Shown one piece after another: positions 26,038 to 35,110 of a stretch of DNA of 64,000 nucleotides. The notes under the pieces were generated by a model. The model saw nothing but the letters and a program-made list of their open reading frames with translations, had not been told where the DNA came from and made no database searches. The position numbers and the translations under genes are program-made. The DNA is taken from assembly GCA_033762255.1 (NCBI GenBank), contig JANRLT010000070.1, positions 8,548 to 72,547 of the forward strand, given 5' to 3'. This DNA is from Pirellulales bacterium (GTDB lineage: Bacteria; Planctomycetota; Planctomycetia; Pirellulales; JALHPA01). The stretch's first letter is position 1, and each line of letters starts with the position of its first letter.

Positions 26038-27321
26038 ATGACCACCGCCACCACCGAAAAACAGCTCGATTTGCCCGCTTATGCCCGGGAAGTGGCCTCC
26101 GCCGCCCGCGCGGCGTCCGTGGAGTTGGCCCAGGTCTCCTCCGCCGTAAAAAATGCGTGGCTGCAAAGCGCGGCGACTGAATTGCGAGCGCAGACCGAAG
26201 CCATCCTGGCCGCCAATCAACGCGATCTGGCGGCCGCTCCGGATTACGGCTTGACCCCCGCCGCGGTGGATCGATTAAAACTAACGCCGGCGCGGATCGC
26301 GGCCATTAGCCAGGCCCTAGTAGAGATCGCCAGCTTGCCTGATCCGGTGGGCGAACTCATCGAAGGCCACATCCGCCCAAATGGTTTGGAAATACAAAAA
26401 GTACGCGTCCCCCTGGGTGTGGTTTTTTTTATCTATGAGTCGCGGCCTAATGTGACGGCGGACGCGGCGGCGATCTGCCTGAAGAGCGGCAACGCGGTGA
26501 TCTTGCGGGGGGGGAAGGAAGCCGCGCACTCCAGCCAGGCGATCGTGAAAATCCTGCGGGAGTGCCTGATCCGACACGGTTTGCCAGCGGCGGCGGTGCA
26601 GATTGTGGAGACGACGGATCGGGCCGTGGTGGGGCATTTTTTGGAATTGGCCCAATACATTGATGTGGCAATCCCCCGGGGAGGAGAAGCCCTGATTCGC
26701 CGCGTCACGGCCGAGGCCAAAATGCCGGTCATCAAACACTTTGACGGCAACTGCCATGTGTATGTGGATGAACACGCCGACTTGGATCTGGCCGAGAAAA
26801 TCATCATCAACTCGAAATGCCAGCGCATGGGTGTGTGCAATACGGCGGAATCGCTAGTGATTCACGCGGCGGTGGCAAAAGACTTTTTGCCCCGCATCGC
26901 CGCGGCGCTGGCCGCGCGGGGCGTGGAATTGCGGGGGGATGAACGCACCCGGCGGATGGTGCCCGCGGCGACACCCGCCACCGAGGAAGATTACGGCAAG
27001 GAGTATTTGGGACCGATACTTTCGTGCGTGGTGGTGGACACCCTTCCCGCGGCGATCGAGCATATCGGACGGTATGGGTCCAAGCATACCGACGCCATTA
27101 TCACGCGCGACTTGGCCGCGGCCCGCGCTTTTGCCGCGCGGGTGGATAGCTCGGCGGTGATGATCAATGCCAGCACCCGTTTTAACGACGGGGGGGAATT
27201 TGGCTTGGGGGCCGAGATTGGCATTAGCACGGACAAGTTTCATGCGCGTGGTCCTTGCGGACTCAAGGAATTAACCACGTACAAGTATATTGTGTATGGA
27301 ACGGGCCAAATTCGCGAATAG
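26038..27321 (+). CDS. proA: glutamate-5-semialdehyde dehydrogenase (gamma-glutamyl phosphate reductase)
   Basis: [50 protein letters not shown] and a [11 protein letters not shown]-type C-terminus are typical of ProA. ATG 26038. Confidence 0.9.
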   Translation: MTTATTEKQLDLPAYAREVASAARAASVELAQVSSAVKNAWLQSAATELRAQTEAILAANQRDLAAAPDYGLTPAAVDRLKLTPARIAAISQALVEIASLPDPVGELIEGHIRPNGLEIQKVRVPLGVVFFIYESRPNVTADAAAICLKSGNAVILRGGKEAAHSSQAIVKILRECLIRHGLPAAAVQIVETTDRAVVGHFLELAQYIDVAIPRGGEALIRRVTAEAKMPVIKHFDGNCHVYVDEHADLDLAEKIIINSKCQRMGVCNTAESLVIHAAVAKDFLPRIAAALAARGVELRGDERTRRMVPAATPATEEDYGKEYLGPILSCVVVDTLPAAIEHIGRYGSKHTDAIITRDLAAARAFAARVDSSAVMINASTRFNDGGEFGLGAEIGISTDKFHARGPCGLKELTTYKYIVYGTGQIRE

Positions 27322-27391
27322 CGGCCCGATTCCGTCGCCACGCCCCTAGATGGATGTCGGCAATAGGAATTTTAGCGCAAGGAAGCCACGC

Positions 27392-28468
27392 ATGGCCGAT
27401 CTGTTAAGTCAAAACGAAGTCGAAAGCCTGCTTTCCGCCATGGAGACGCAGGCCCCGGCAAAAACATCGACCCTCTTGCCGGAAAGTCCCGCCCACCCCG
27501 TCCCCCGCGTGCGCGAGAAAGTCACTCCGTATGACTTTAAGCGTCCAGAGCGCGTGGGCAAGGAGCAAATGCGCTCCCTGCAGTCCTTGCACGAGGGGTT
27601 TGGGCGAAATTTTGGCGCGTCATTGTCGGGCATGCTGCGCAGCATCGTCGAAATGAAACTCACCAGCGTGGACCAACTGACCTACAGCGAATTTGTGTTC
27701 AGCCTGGAAAATCCCACCTGTTTTAACGTGCTGCGGGCCGATCCACTCGAGGGAAATCTGATCCTAGATATCAATCCGGCAATTTTGTATCCAATCATCG
27801 ACCGCATGCTGGGGGGGGGAAAGGACTCTGGCCCAATTTCACGCCGGCCGCTGACCGAGATTGAATTACGGTTGGTGGGGCGGATCACCACGCTGTTTTT
27901 GGAAGAGCTGAAGCACGCTTGGGAAAACGTCCTGGAGCTAAATTTGTCCCTGGATCGCGTGGAAAGCAATCCGCAACTGGTTCAAATCGTCCCTCCCAAT
28001 GAAGTTGTCATCTTGATCTGTTTTGAGCTGACGCTGCAGGATGTGCGGGGAATGCTTAGCCTGTGCATTCCCTTTAATAGCATCGAACGAATCGGTAACA
28101 AGCTTACCGCCAATAATTGGACCTATGGGCGTAAATCGAGCACGCCCGAAACCGTGGAGGCCCTCAGTCGGCATCTGCGGGGGGCGCTGGTGGAAATGGA
28201 AGTCCAACTGGCCGAAACAAAAATCACGACAGGAGAACTGATCGGTCTGCGGGTGGGAGATATCATCACCACTAATAAAGACCAGCGCGAAGCACTGGCG
28301 GTGCTGGTCTCGGGTGTTCCCAAATTTTCGGCCAAGGCGGGGGTCTTTAAAGGGAATAAAGCCATTCAAATCGAGCAGGTACTAGTGCGTGAGCCAGCCC
28401 CCCCATCCACCCCGGCCCCCGCCGCCTCCCCGACTGCCGCTCCCCCACCCACGGCCAAGAAAAAGTAA
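27392..28468 (+). CDS. fliM: flagellar motor switch protein FliM
   Basis: N-terminal LSQNEVESLLSAM, then YDFKRPERVGKEQMRSLQSLHEGFGRNF and a C-terminal SpoA/FliN-like block GELIGLRVGDIITT. AAGGAAG precedes ATG 27392. Confidence 0.85.
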   Translation: MADLLSQNEVESLLSAMETQAPAKTSTLLPESPAHPVPRVREKVTPYDFKRPERVGKEQMRSLQSLHEGFGRNFGASLSGMLRSIVEMKLTSVDQLTYSEFVFSLENPTCFNVLRADPLEGNLILDINPAILYPIIDRMLGGGKDSGPISRRPLTEIELRLVGRITTLFLEELKHAWENVLELNLSLDRVESNPQLVQIVPPNEVVILICFELTLQDVRGMLSLCIPFNSIERIGNKLTANNWTYGRKSSTPETVEALSRHLRGALVEMEVQLAETKITTGELIGLRVGDIITTNKDQREALAVLVSGVPKFSAKAGVFKGNKAIQIEQVLVREPAPPSTPAPAASPTAAPPPTAKKK

Positions 28469-28540
28469 CCACCGAACATTCCTTAGCCAGCGGCGTCAGC
28501 AAGGGACCACACTCAGCCCGCCGCGTTAGCCAGGGACATT

Positions 28541-28620
28541 TGATTTGGTATTTCAATTTTCAGATCAGAGATTTGAGATCCCATATTCGAGATTTCAAAT
28601 TTCAAATCTGAGATTTGGGA
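28541..28620. repeat. AGATTTGAAAT-type dispersed repeat, copy 1
   Basis: CAGAGATTTGAGATCCCATATTCGAGATTTCAAATTTCAAATCTGAGATTTGGGA. Related copies lie at 32420-32467 and 34303-34335. It sits between convergent genes. Confidence 0.7.
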
Positions 28621-28648
28621 ACTTAATACTCCCTTACGTTTTCGTGAT

Positions 28649-29221
28649 CTACTGCTTCGTACCGCCAGACTGCTTCGTATCGTCAGAGTTGGCCCGCCGG
28701 GCAAAAAAGACCGCTCCCCCTAATACTGCCAAGGCCGGCAGTTGCAGGACCAAATTCCCCCAAAATTCTTCATCTGATTGACGTGAGCCCTGCACCAGCA
28801 CCAGCGTCGTAAAGCAAGCCAACGCCAGCCACGCATAGGGTAACGACCGACTGGTCATCCGCATGGCCAGGATTAATAAAATCAGCCCCCCGATAATGGA
28901 TATCTGGTCAACCCACAACGCATCATTAAAGATCGCTTCCACTTTAAAGCGGATATCATCGGGCTCTCCTTTTTCCTCTGCTGTCGCCCGCTTGAATTCT
29001 TGTTCAATGATTTCCGTCTTGCTGATGTACGACAAAATGTGGGTAAGTACCACTAATAATCCCACCGTCCCCACCAACAGTACCGCCAGCGTGTGGGCCA
29101 GGCGGGGCGTTAATAACTGCTCCACGCCTAAACGGTCACTCGCGCCCGGCAGGGGTAATTTGACCGCCGCGGCGGTTTCCTTCTCCTCCGGCGGGCGGAA
29201 CTTATGTTTTTGTTTTGCCAT
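28649..29221 (-). CDS. hypothetical integral membrane protein
   Basis: 190-aa ATG-initiated ORF with a basic N-terminus (MAKQKHKFRPPEEKE) and about four hydrophobic helices. Confidence 0.5.
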   Translation of the reverse strand: MAKQKHKFRPPEEKETAAAVKLPLPGASDRLGVEQLLTPRLAHTLAVLLVGTVGLLVVLTHILSYISKTEIIEQEFKRATAEEKGEPDDIRFKVEAIFNDALWVDQISIIGGLILLILAMRMTSRSLPYAWLALACFTTLVLVQGSRQSDEEFWGNLVLQLPALAVLGGAVFFARRANSDDTKQSGGTKQ

Positions 29222-29305
29222 AAAGCATGCGTTTGATAAAAAACCATGATTGCCGCGGGAATTAAACCGCCAGCCGTGGAGTGGTGGGTCAAAACGATGT
29301 TCCGT

Positions 29306-31117
29306 TTAACCCGCCGCGGGAATCAAGTTGCCTGTTTGGGGCAAGGTGGCCCTGCGGCGGGGTGGCCCGCCGGCAAAGATCGCCAGTACCGCCTCTACCA
29401 GCATGAGCGCGGCCAAAACCAAAAGCACCACGCCGGCCCAGGCGACCGGATCGCTGCTCCATCGCCAGCTTTGCGCCGTCGAGTCCCAAAACTTGGCCCT
29501 GGTCATGGTCATTAGCGCCCAACTGCTCATTACGTACATCCAGACGGTTGGAATTCCCGTGACCAGCCATACCCACATCGCCCTGCGCGTTCGCCACAAC
29601 CAGACGGTCACGCCCAAGAGCGTTAGAGCGGCCAACAATTGATTGCTAGCGCCAAATAAATCCCAAAATGTCCGCCACATGGGCTGGGGTTTGCCGTTGA
29701 CCACCAGCGGATCCAGCAGCACAAAATAAAGTGGCACACCCGCGGTCAAAACAGTGCCAATCAAGCGTCCGATCCAATCGGGCCGGCCGATCAACTCTTG
29801 AATAATAAACCGGCCCAACCGGACGCAGACATCCAGCGTGTCAAACACAAATGTGCTAAACGCCAAGAGCGCGAATGACGCCGCCAGCGTCGCCGGAATG
29901 CCAAAGGACTGCACAAACGAGCCGATTCCGTTGGCATAGACCGCGTTAGGCGATTTACCCGTCAGGGGGGAATCCGGAGCCAGGATCATCACGCAGGAGA
30001 GCGAAATGATGGCAATCATCGCCTCCAGCAGCATCGCCCCATACCCGATGGGCTTGGCGTCGGTTTCCACCCGGAGTTGTTTAGAAGTAGTCCCGCTGGC
30101 GATCAGCGAATGAAATCCTGAACACGCGCCGCAGGCAATCGTAATAAACAACATGGGGAACAGATCAACCGGCCCTTTGCCCAGTACATCCACCCGCCAG
30201 CCACGAAATTGGGGGTATTGAATCGTTTGCGGAGTTAGCAGCATCCCCACCGCTCCCGCAGCCAGCGCCACATACAAAAAATACCCCCCTAAATGTCCCC
30301 GTGGTTGCAAAAGCAGCCACACCGGCAACACCGCCGCCACCAGGCAATAGCCCAAAAGAATCACATCCCACAATTTGTGGGCTTGAACCTGGCTGATTCC
30401 CAACAGGGATTCTAAGTCCAGCGGCAAAAAAGGCCCGGCATAAATGGCCAGCCCGATCAGCGGCACAAAAATTAGCGTGGCCATCGTCAGCGATAGCTTT
30501 GTATAACGCAGCAATATGCCCATGATAATCGGCAGCGCCAGATAGATGAGCGAAGAGGTGGCAATGGCCGCTCCTTGAATTTCGTGTCTGGTGGGGGGCT
30601 GATCGGCGGAAACGACTGCCTTTTCGCCGGATTCTAGATTAAATGTTCCCACAAAGGACTGCGCCGTGATGTCCGTGAACGCCACGATAATGTACACCAG
30701 CGCGATCCAGATAAAACTGAGAAACAGCAGGTACGACCGCTGGCTCATGTGTTGGCGGACAACCTCGGCAATGGACTGGGCCTTGTGCCGAATACTGGCT
30801 ACCAGAGCCGTCAAGTCATGCACACCGCCAATGAGAATGGAGCCCACCAAGATCCAAATGAGCGCCGGTAGCCACCCAAAAGTGATCCCGGCCAGAATGG
30901 GTCCGACGATCGGTCCCGCCGCGGCAATTGCCGAAAAATGCTGGCTGAGCAAAAATTTGGAGTCGGTCGGCACATAATCCAGATCATCGCGCAGTTCCAC
31001 GGCGGGCGTCTTTGTGCGCGGGTCTAGCCGCAGCAGTCGCGCCAAAAGCGTCCCGTAGGTCCAATAGGCCGTTAATAAAATTCCCGCCGCTCCGAGGGCA
31101 ATTCCCGCCAACGTCAT
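29306..31117 (-). CDS. cstA: carbon starvation protein A family transporter
   Basis: CstA blocks: GPIVGPILAGITFGWLPALIWILVGSILIGGVHD, and ACGACSGFHSLIASGTTSKQL. Polytopic, 603 aa. Confidence 0.85.
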   Translation of the reverse strand: MTLAGIALGAAGILLTAYWTYGTLLARLLRLDPRTKTPAVELRDDLDYVPTDSKFLLSQHFSAIAAAGPIVGPILAGITFGWLPALIWILVGSILIGGVHDLTALVASIRHKAQSIAEVVRQHMSQRSYLLFLSFIWIALVYIIVAFTDITAQSFVGTFNLESGEKAVVSADQPPTRHEIQGAAIATSSLIYLALPIIMGILLRYTKLSLTMATLIFVPLIGLAIYAGPFLPLDLESLLGISQVQAHKLWDVILLGYCLVAAVLPVWLLLQPRGHLGGYFLYVALAAGAVGMLLTPQTIQYPQFRGWRVDVLGKGPVDLFPMLFITIACGACSGFHSLIASGTTSKQLRVETDAKPIGYGAMLLEAMIAIISLSCVMILAPDSPLTGKSPNAVYANGIGSFVQSFGIPATLAASFALLAFSTFVFDTLDVCVRLGRFIIQELIGRPDWIGRLIGTVLTAGVPLYFVLLDPLVVNGKPQPMWRTFWDLFGASNQLLAALTLLGVTVWLWRTRRAMWVWLVTGIPTVWMYVMSSWALMTMTRAKFWDSTAQSWRWSSDPVAWAGVVLLVLAALMLVEAVLAIFAGGPPRRRATLPQTGNLIPAAG

Positions 31118-31326
31118 CGTAAAGTTCTCCCTAGTTGTGCCGTCCCCAGTTTAACACGACCGCCAGAGTTTCGCAGCACTCCTTTGTTTTCCTTGGCAAA
31201 AGTCCTATAATTGCCCGCTTCGCGACACTGTGTTCCTGTTCCTAGCGAACGCCAGGGACGCTTTTGGGTCCCAACATTTTTGCCAAATAATCCCTCCCCT
31301 TTCCACTTTTGCCAGAGGATTCTTGC

Positions 31327-32367
31327 ATGCCCGAACAGTTGGTCATCATCGGCAGCGGTCCGGCCGGCTGGACCGCCGCCATTTACGCCGCGCGGGCGAA
31401 TCTGCAGCCGTTGCTCTACGAAGGGGCAATAACGCTTGAAAACCAAGTCAATAGCACACTCCCCCTGGGTCAACTCGCTCTGACCACGGAAGTCGAAAAT
31501 TACCCCGGATTTCCCGCAGGCGACCTCGAGTCGTACCTGGACCATGCTATTTTGCCCGCCCGCCGCGAACTGATGGCCCCTCATATGAAAGAAGGGGTCA
31601 GCGGCCCGGAACTCATGGAATTGATGCGGCAACAGGCACTCAACTTTGGCACGCGAGTGGTCACCGACGACATCGTCAGTGTGGACTTTAGTGATCGGCC
31701 GTTTCGGCTGCAAAGTCTTGCGGGGGAATCGCTTACGGCAAATTGTGTCATCGTCGCCACGGGCGCGCGGGCCAATTACCTGGGCCTGCCCAGCGAAGAC
31801 CGATTCAAGAATCGCGGGGTAAGCGCCTGCGCCGTATGCGACGGGGCGTTGCCGCGCTTTCGCAAGAAACCGCTGGTGGTGATCGGAGGGGGTGATTCGG
31901 CGGTGGAGGAAGCGACCTACCTGGGCAAGTTTGCCAGCAAAGTGTATCTGGTCCATCGCCGGGATAAGCTGCGGGCGAGTAAGATCATGGCCGAGCGGGC
32001 GATGAACGACAAACAGATTGAAATTGTCTGGAACCACGAATTGGCCGAGGTCCTGGGGAATGATCAACAAGGGGTCACCGGGGTTCGGCTAAAAAATACC
32101 GTGGATGGCAGCGAGCAAGAGCTTGCCGCGGGGGGGATGTTTTTAGCTATTGGACATACGCCGAATACCAAGTTTCTGAATGGCCAATTAGCCACCACGG
32201 AAAAAGGGTACGTGCGCTGGACGGTCCCTTTCCGGACAAATACCAGCGTGGAGGGGGTCTTTGCCGCGGGGGATGTGGCGGACGACTACTACCGCCAGGC
32301 GATCACCGCCGCGGGAAGCGGCTGCATGGCGGCCCTGGACGCCGAGCGCTGGCTAGCGGGGCACTAA
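31327..32367 (+). CDS. trxB: thioredoxin-disulfide reductase
   Basis: FAD motif [19 protein letters not shown], redox-active CAVCDG, NADPH motif [12 protein letters not shown] and C-terminal FAAGDV. ATG 31327. Confidence 0.9.
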   Translation: MPEQLVIIGSGPAGWTAAIYAARANLQPLLYEGAITLENQVNSTLPLGQLALTTEVENYPGFPAGDLESYLDHAILPARRELMAPHMKEGVSGPELMELMRQQALNFGTRVVTDDIVSVDFSDRPFRLQSLAGESLTANCVIVATGARANYLGLPSEDRFKNRGVSACAVCDGALPRFRKKPLVVIGGGDSAVEEATYLGKFASKVYLVHRRDKLRASKIMAERAMNDKQIEIVWNHELAEVLGNDQQGVTGVRLKNTVDGSEQELAAGGMFLAIGHTPNTKFLNGQLATTEKGYVRWTVPFRTNTSVEGVFAAGDVADDYYRQAITAAGSGCMAALDAERWLAGH

Positions 32368-32419
32368 GTGGTTTTTGGTATATGGAATTTGGTGAGGCAG
32401 AGAGTGGTGACAAGCCGCG

Positions 32420-32467
32420 AATTGAAATCTCCAGATTTCAAATTTGAGATTCTTGATTTCAGAAATG
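32420..32467. repeat. AGATTTGAAAT-type dispersed repeat, copy 2
   Basis: GAATTGAAATCTCCAGATTTCAAATTTGAGATTCTTGATTTCAGAAAT. It contains the hairpin GAAATCT-CC-AGATTTC and the palindrome TCAAATTTGA. Confidence 0.7.
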
Positions 32468-32790
32468 CATTTATCACTGAGGACTGGAGCAGACACGGAG
32501 GCGCACGGAGAAGCATAAATAGGACGCGGATGCACGCGGTAGCGCAGCAGATTTTCGCGGAACTGTAATTGGAAATTCTTAATGCAAGAACTGGAAACAA
32601 ACTACTTTATTAATACCCGACTTCATTTCTTCTCTGTGAATTTCTCCGTGTACCCAGTGTCTCAGCGGCTTATGAATTTCCTCGGTGGCTTAGAAATTTT
32701 ATGACTGACAACTTCTCCGTGCCGCTCCTGTCTTTATTCCGCGACTCCGAGCTAAACGAATTCCTATTTGTTTTCATTTTTGAGTAACCC

Positions 32791-34182
32791 ATGACTACTC
32801 TTTCCATCAAGGCGGCATTGCAACCCGCGGCCATCGGTCAATCCGTCACCCTCCGCGGTTGGGTTCGTACCCGTCGTGACTCCAAGGGAGGGTTCTCATT
32901 TATCGAGCTGAACGACGGCACCAGCCAGGCAAATCTGCAGGTCGTGGCCGAGGCCGCGCTGCCTAATTACGAAAGCGAAATCAAAAAGCTGGCAGCCGGT
33001 TGTAGCGTCAGCATCACCGGCGAACTGCGGGCTTCTCCCGCCAAAGGACAGGCGACGGAACTGCTGGCCAAAGAGGTCGTCGTGCATGGTTGGGCGGACC
33101 CGGAAACCTATCCCCTACAAAAAAAGGGGCATACCTACGAATTTTTGCGAGGGATCGCCCATTTGCGGCCCCGGACCAACACCTTTGGGGCGATCGCCCG
33201 CGTGCGCAACCGGGTCAGCTACACGATTCACCAGTTCTTTCAGGAACGGGACTTTTTGTATGTTCACACGCCGATTATCACGGCCAGCGACTGCGAAGGA
33301 GCGGGAGAACTCTTTCGCGTGACGACTCTCGACCTGGAAAAGCTGCCCAAAACAAACGACAAGGTCGATTATGCTAGCGATTTTTTTCACAAAGCGGCGT
33401 ATTTGACCGTCAGTGGTCAACTCAATGGCGAGACCCACGCCTGCGGACTGGGTAAGATCTACACCTTTGGGCCGACGTTTCGGGCCGAAAACTCCAACAC
33501 GTCGAGACACTTGGCTGAATTTTGGATGGTAGAGCCGGAGATGGCGTTTTATGACCTGGCCGACAACATGGACCTGGCCGAGGCGTTTCTCAAGCGGATC
33601 ATCAGCGACGTGCTAACTCACTGCGGCGACGAGCTGACGTTTTTTGTCGAGCGGGTGGAAAAAACGGTGCGGGACAATCTGGAAAAAGTGGTTGGCAGCG
33701 AGTTTGTCCGTTGTTCCTACACCGAGGCGATCACGCATCTGGACAAGGCCAGCCAAAAGTTTGAATACCCGCACGAGTGGGGGCGCGACCTGCAATCGGA
33801 GCACGAACGCTATCTGACCGAAGTCGTCTTTAAGAAGCCGGTTATCTTGTATGACTATCCGCGGACGCTCAAGCCGTTTTACATGCGGGTCAATGACGAT
33901 GGCAAAACCGTCCGGGCGATGGATATTTTAGTCCCTGGCGTGGGAGAGATCATCGGCGGCAGCCAGCGCGAAGAACGCCTGGACCTGCTAGAGTTGCGGA
34001 TGCGGGAGCAGAATCTCGACCCCGCGGCTTATGGCTGGTACAGCGACCTGCGGCGTTACGGCACGGTCCCGCATAGCGGCTTTGGCCTGGGACTGGAACG
34101 AATCCTGTTGTTTTTGTCCGGCATGGGAAACATCCGCGATGTGATCCCGTTCCCCCGCACGCCGGGGAATGCGGAGTTTTGA
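32791..34182 (+). CDS. asnS: asparagine--tRNA ligase
   Basis: Class IIb core [24 protein letters not shown], motif 3 [10 protein letters not shown] and an N-terminal OB-fold region. Confidence 0.9.
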   Translation: MTTLSIKAALQPAAIGQSVTLRGWVRTRRDSKGGFSFIELNDGTSQANLQVVAEAALPNYESEIKKLAAGCSVSITGELRASPAKGQATELLAKEVVVHGWADPETYPLQKKGHTYEFLRGIAHLRPRTNTFGAIARVRNRVSYTIHQFFQERDFLYVHTPIITASDCEGAGELFRVTTLDLEKLPKTNDKVDYASDFFHKAAYLTVSGQLNGETHACGLGKIYTFGPTFRAENSNTSRHLAEFWMVEPEMAFYDLADNMDLAEAFLKRIISDVLTHCGDELTFFVERVEKTVRDNLEKVVGSEFVRCSYTEAITHLDKASQKFEYPHEWGRDLQSEHERYLTEVVFKKPVILYDYPRTLKPFYMRVNDDGKTVRAMDILVPGVGEIIGGSQREERLDLLELRMREQNLDPAAYGWYSDLRRYGTVPHSGFGLGLERILLFLSGMGNIRDVIPFPRTPGNAEF

Positions 34183-34185
34183 GTG

Positions 34186-34220
34186 TAGGGAATGGGGAAC
34201 GGGGAACTGGGAACGGGGGA
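34186..34220 (+). repeat. G-tract (G4-type) motif directly after the asnS stop; left arm of an imperfect inverted repeat
   Basis: TAGGGAATGGGGAACGGGGAACTGGGAACGGGGGA starts 4 nt after the TGA at 34180-34182. Its reverse complement resembles 35050-35080. Confidence 0.65.
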
Positions 34221-34302
34221 TGGGCGTTTAGCCGCGACGCGCAGCGGAGCGCGCCTGGGAGCGGCCTTTTGCTAATAGCGTGGTAGAGCGAGACGTGTGC
34301 AA

Positions 34303-34335
34303 AAATCCCAAATTTGAAATTCCAGATTTGAGAAT
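34303..34335. repeat. AGATTTGAAAT-type dispersed repeat, copy 3
   Basis: AAATCCCAAATTTGAAATTCCAGATTTGAGAAT. Confidence 0.6.
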
Positions 34336-34475
34336 GATATGATAGGTGGGTGTTTCGCGTGAAACTCAATTCAGTGGACTTTCCAGACTTATATTAAAAA
34401 TCTCCTTTCCGCCGGAGTATCAAATCTATGCAAAGTAGAGTCTTAATTTAAGTCGCTTTTGCCGTATTCAATTTA

Positions 34476-34955
34476 TTGCTTTGCCTGGTAATTGTTTATT
34501 GGTACAACATTCGGCAAGGTACCACTTACACTCAAACCAGCCAGTATTTTAGCGGTCTGAAACGATACCCTGATTTAACCCATCATCGTTTCATTTTTGA
34601 TCAAACTCGTGTCGGTAGCACTTCAGGCTCTGGGCCAGTCATTGTATTTGGAAAACCGGTCCATTTAACTGAAAAAAATCAGCCTGGTCACTTCGGAACG
34701 CGGCGAATGCTCGGGCATCGCGTAGCTCAGAGTCACATAACCATCTGGAAGTTTGACGCCAAAGGAGAGTTGGTTTATCCTTGTTACCGGATCACGAATC
34801 AAGGAAAAATTCTAAAGAGCAATTCGTCTATCTTGTTTGACGTGTGTGAAGAAGCCCAGGAAATCCAAGTAACTCAAATCCCTGATCCCGAATTGCGATT
34901 AGCTACTGAAAGAGAATCGAAAATCGCTCAATTGACTGGTTGGTTAAGTCACTAG
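34476..34955 (+). CDS. hypothetical protein (low-GC ORF, doubtful start)
   Basis: 159-codon frame opening at TTG 34476, with no in-frame ATG until codon 88. GC is clearly lower than the surroundings. Hydrophobic N-terminus. No family recognised. Confidence 0.3.
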   Translation: MLCLVIVYWYNIRQGTTYTQTSQYFSGLKRYPDLTHHRFIFDQTRVGSTSGSGPVIVFGKPVHLTEKNQPGHFGTRRMLGHRVAQSHITIWKFDAKGELVYPCYRITNQGKILKSNSSILFDVCEEAQEIQVTQIPDPELRLATERESKIAQLTGWLSH

Positions 34956-35049
34956 CAAGCACATTCGAAAGTTGTTTTCCAGCAAACAAAGTCTAGCCAC
35001 CAAACTTCACTTCTCCAGCCTTCCCCTTCGGCAACGGAGTTGCCTCCTA

Positions 35050-35080
35050 CAGTTCCCTGTTCCCCGCGCCCTGTTCCCTA
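35050..35080 (-). repeat. G-tract (G4-type) motif on the sense strand just 3' of the DUF1015 gene; right arm of the inverted repeat
   Basis: The + strand is CAGTTCCCTGTTCCCCGCGCCCTGTTCCCTA. The minus strand is TAGGGAACAGGGCGCGGGGAACAGGGAACTG, about 30 nt past the stop at 35111. Confidence 0.6.
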
Positions 35081-35110
35081 ATCTCCGGCAACGAGACGCT
35101 GCCTACTACA

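Noticed and set aside
31114-32070. 318-aa ORF on the minus strand
   Set aside because: It overlaps trxB in antisense. trxB has all of its FAD/NADPH/CAVC motifs, and the antisense product has no recognisable features.
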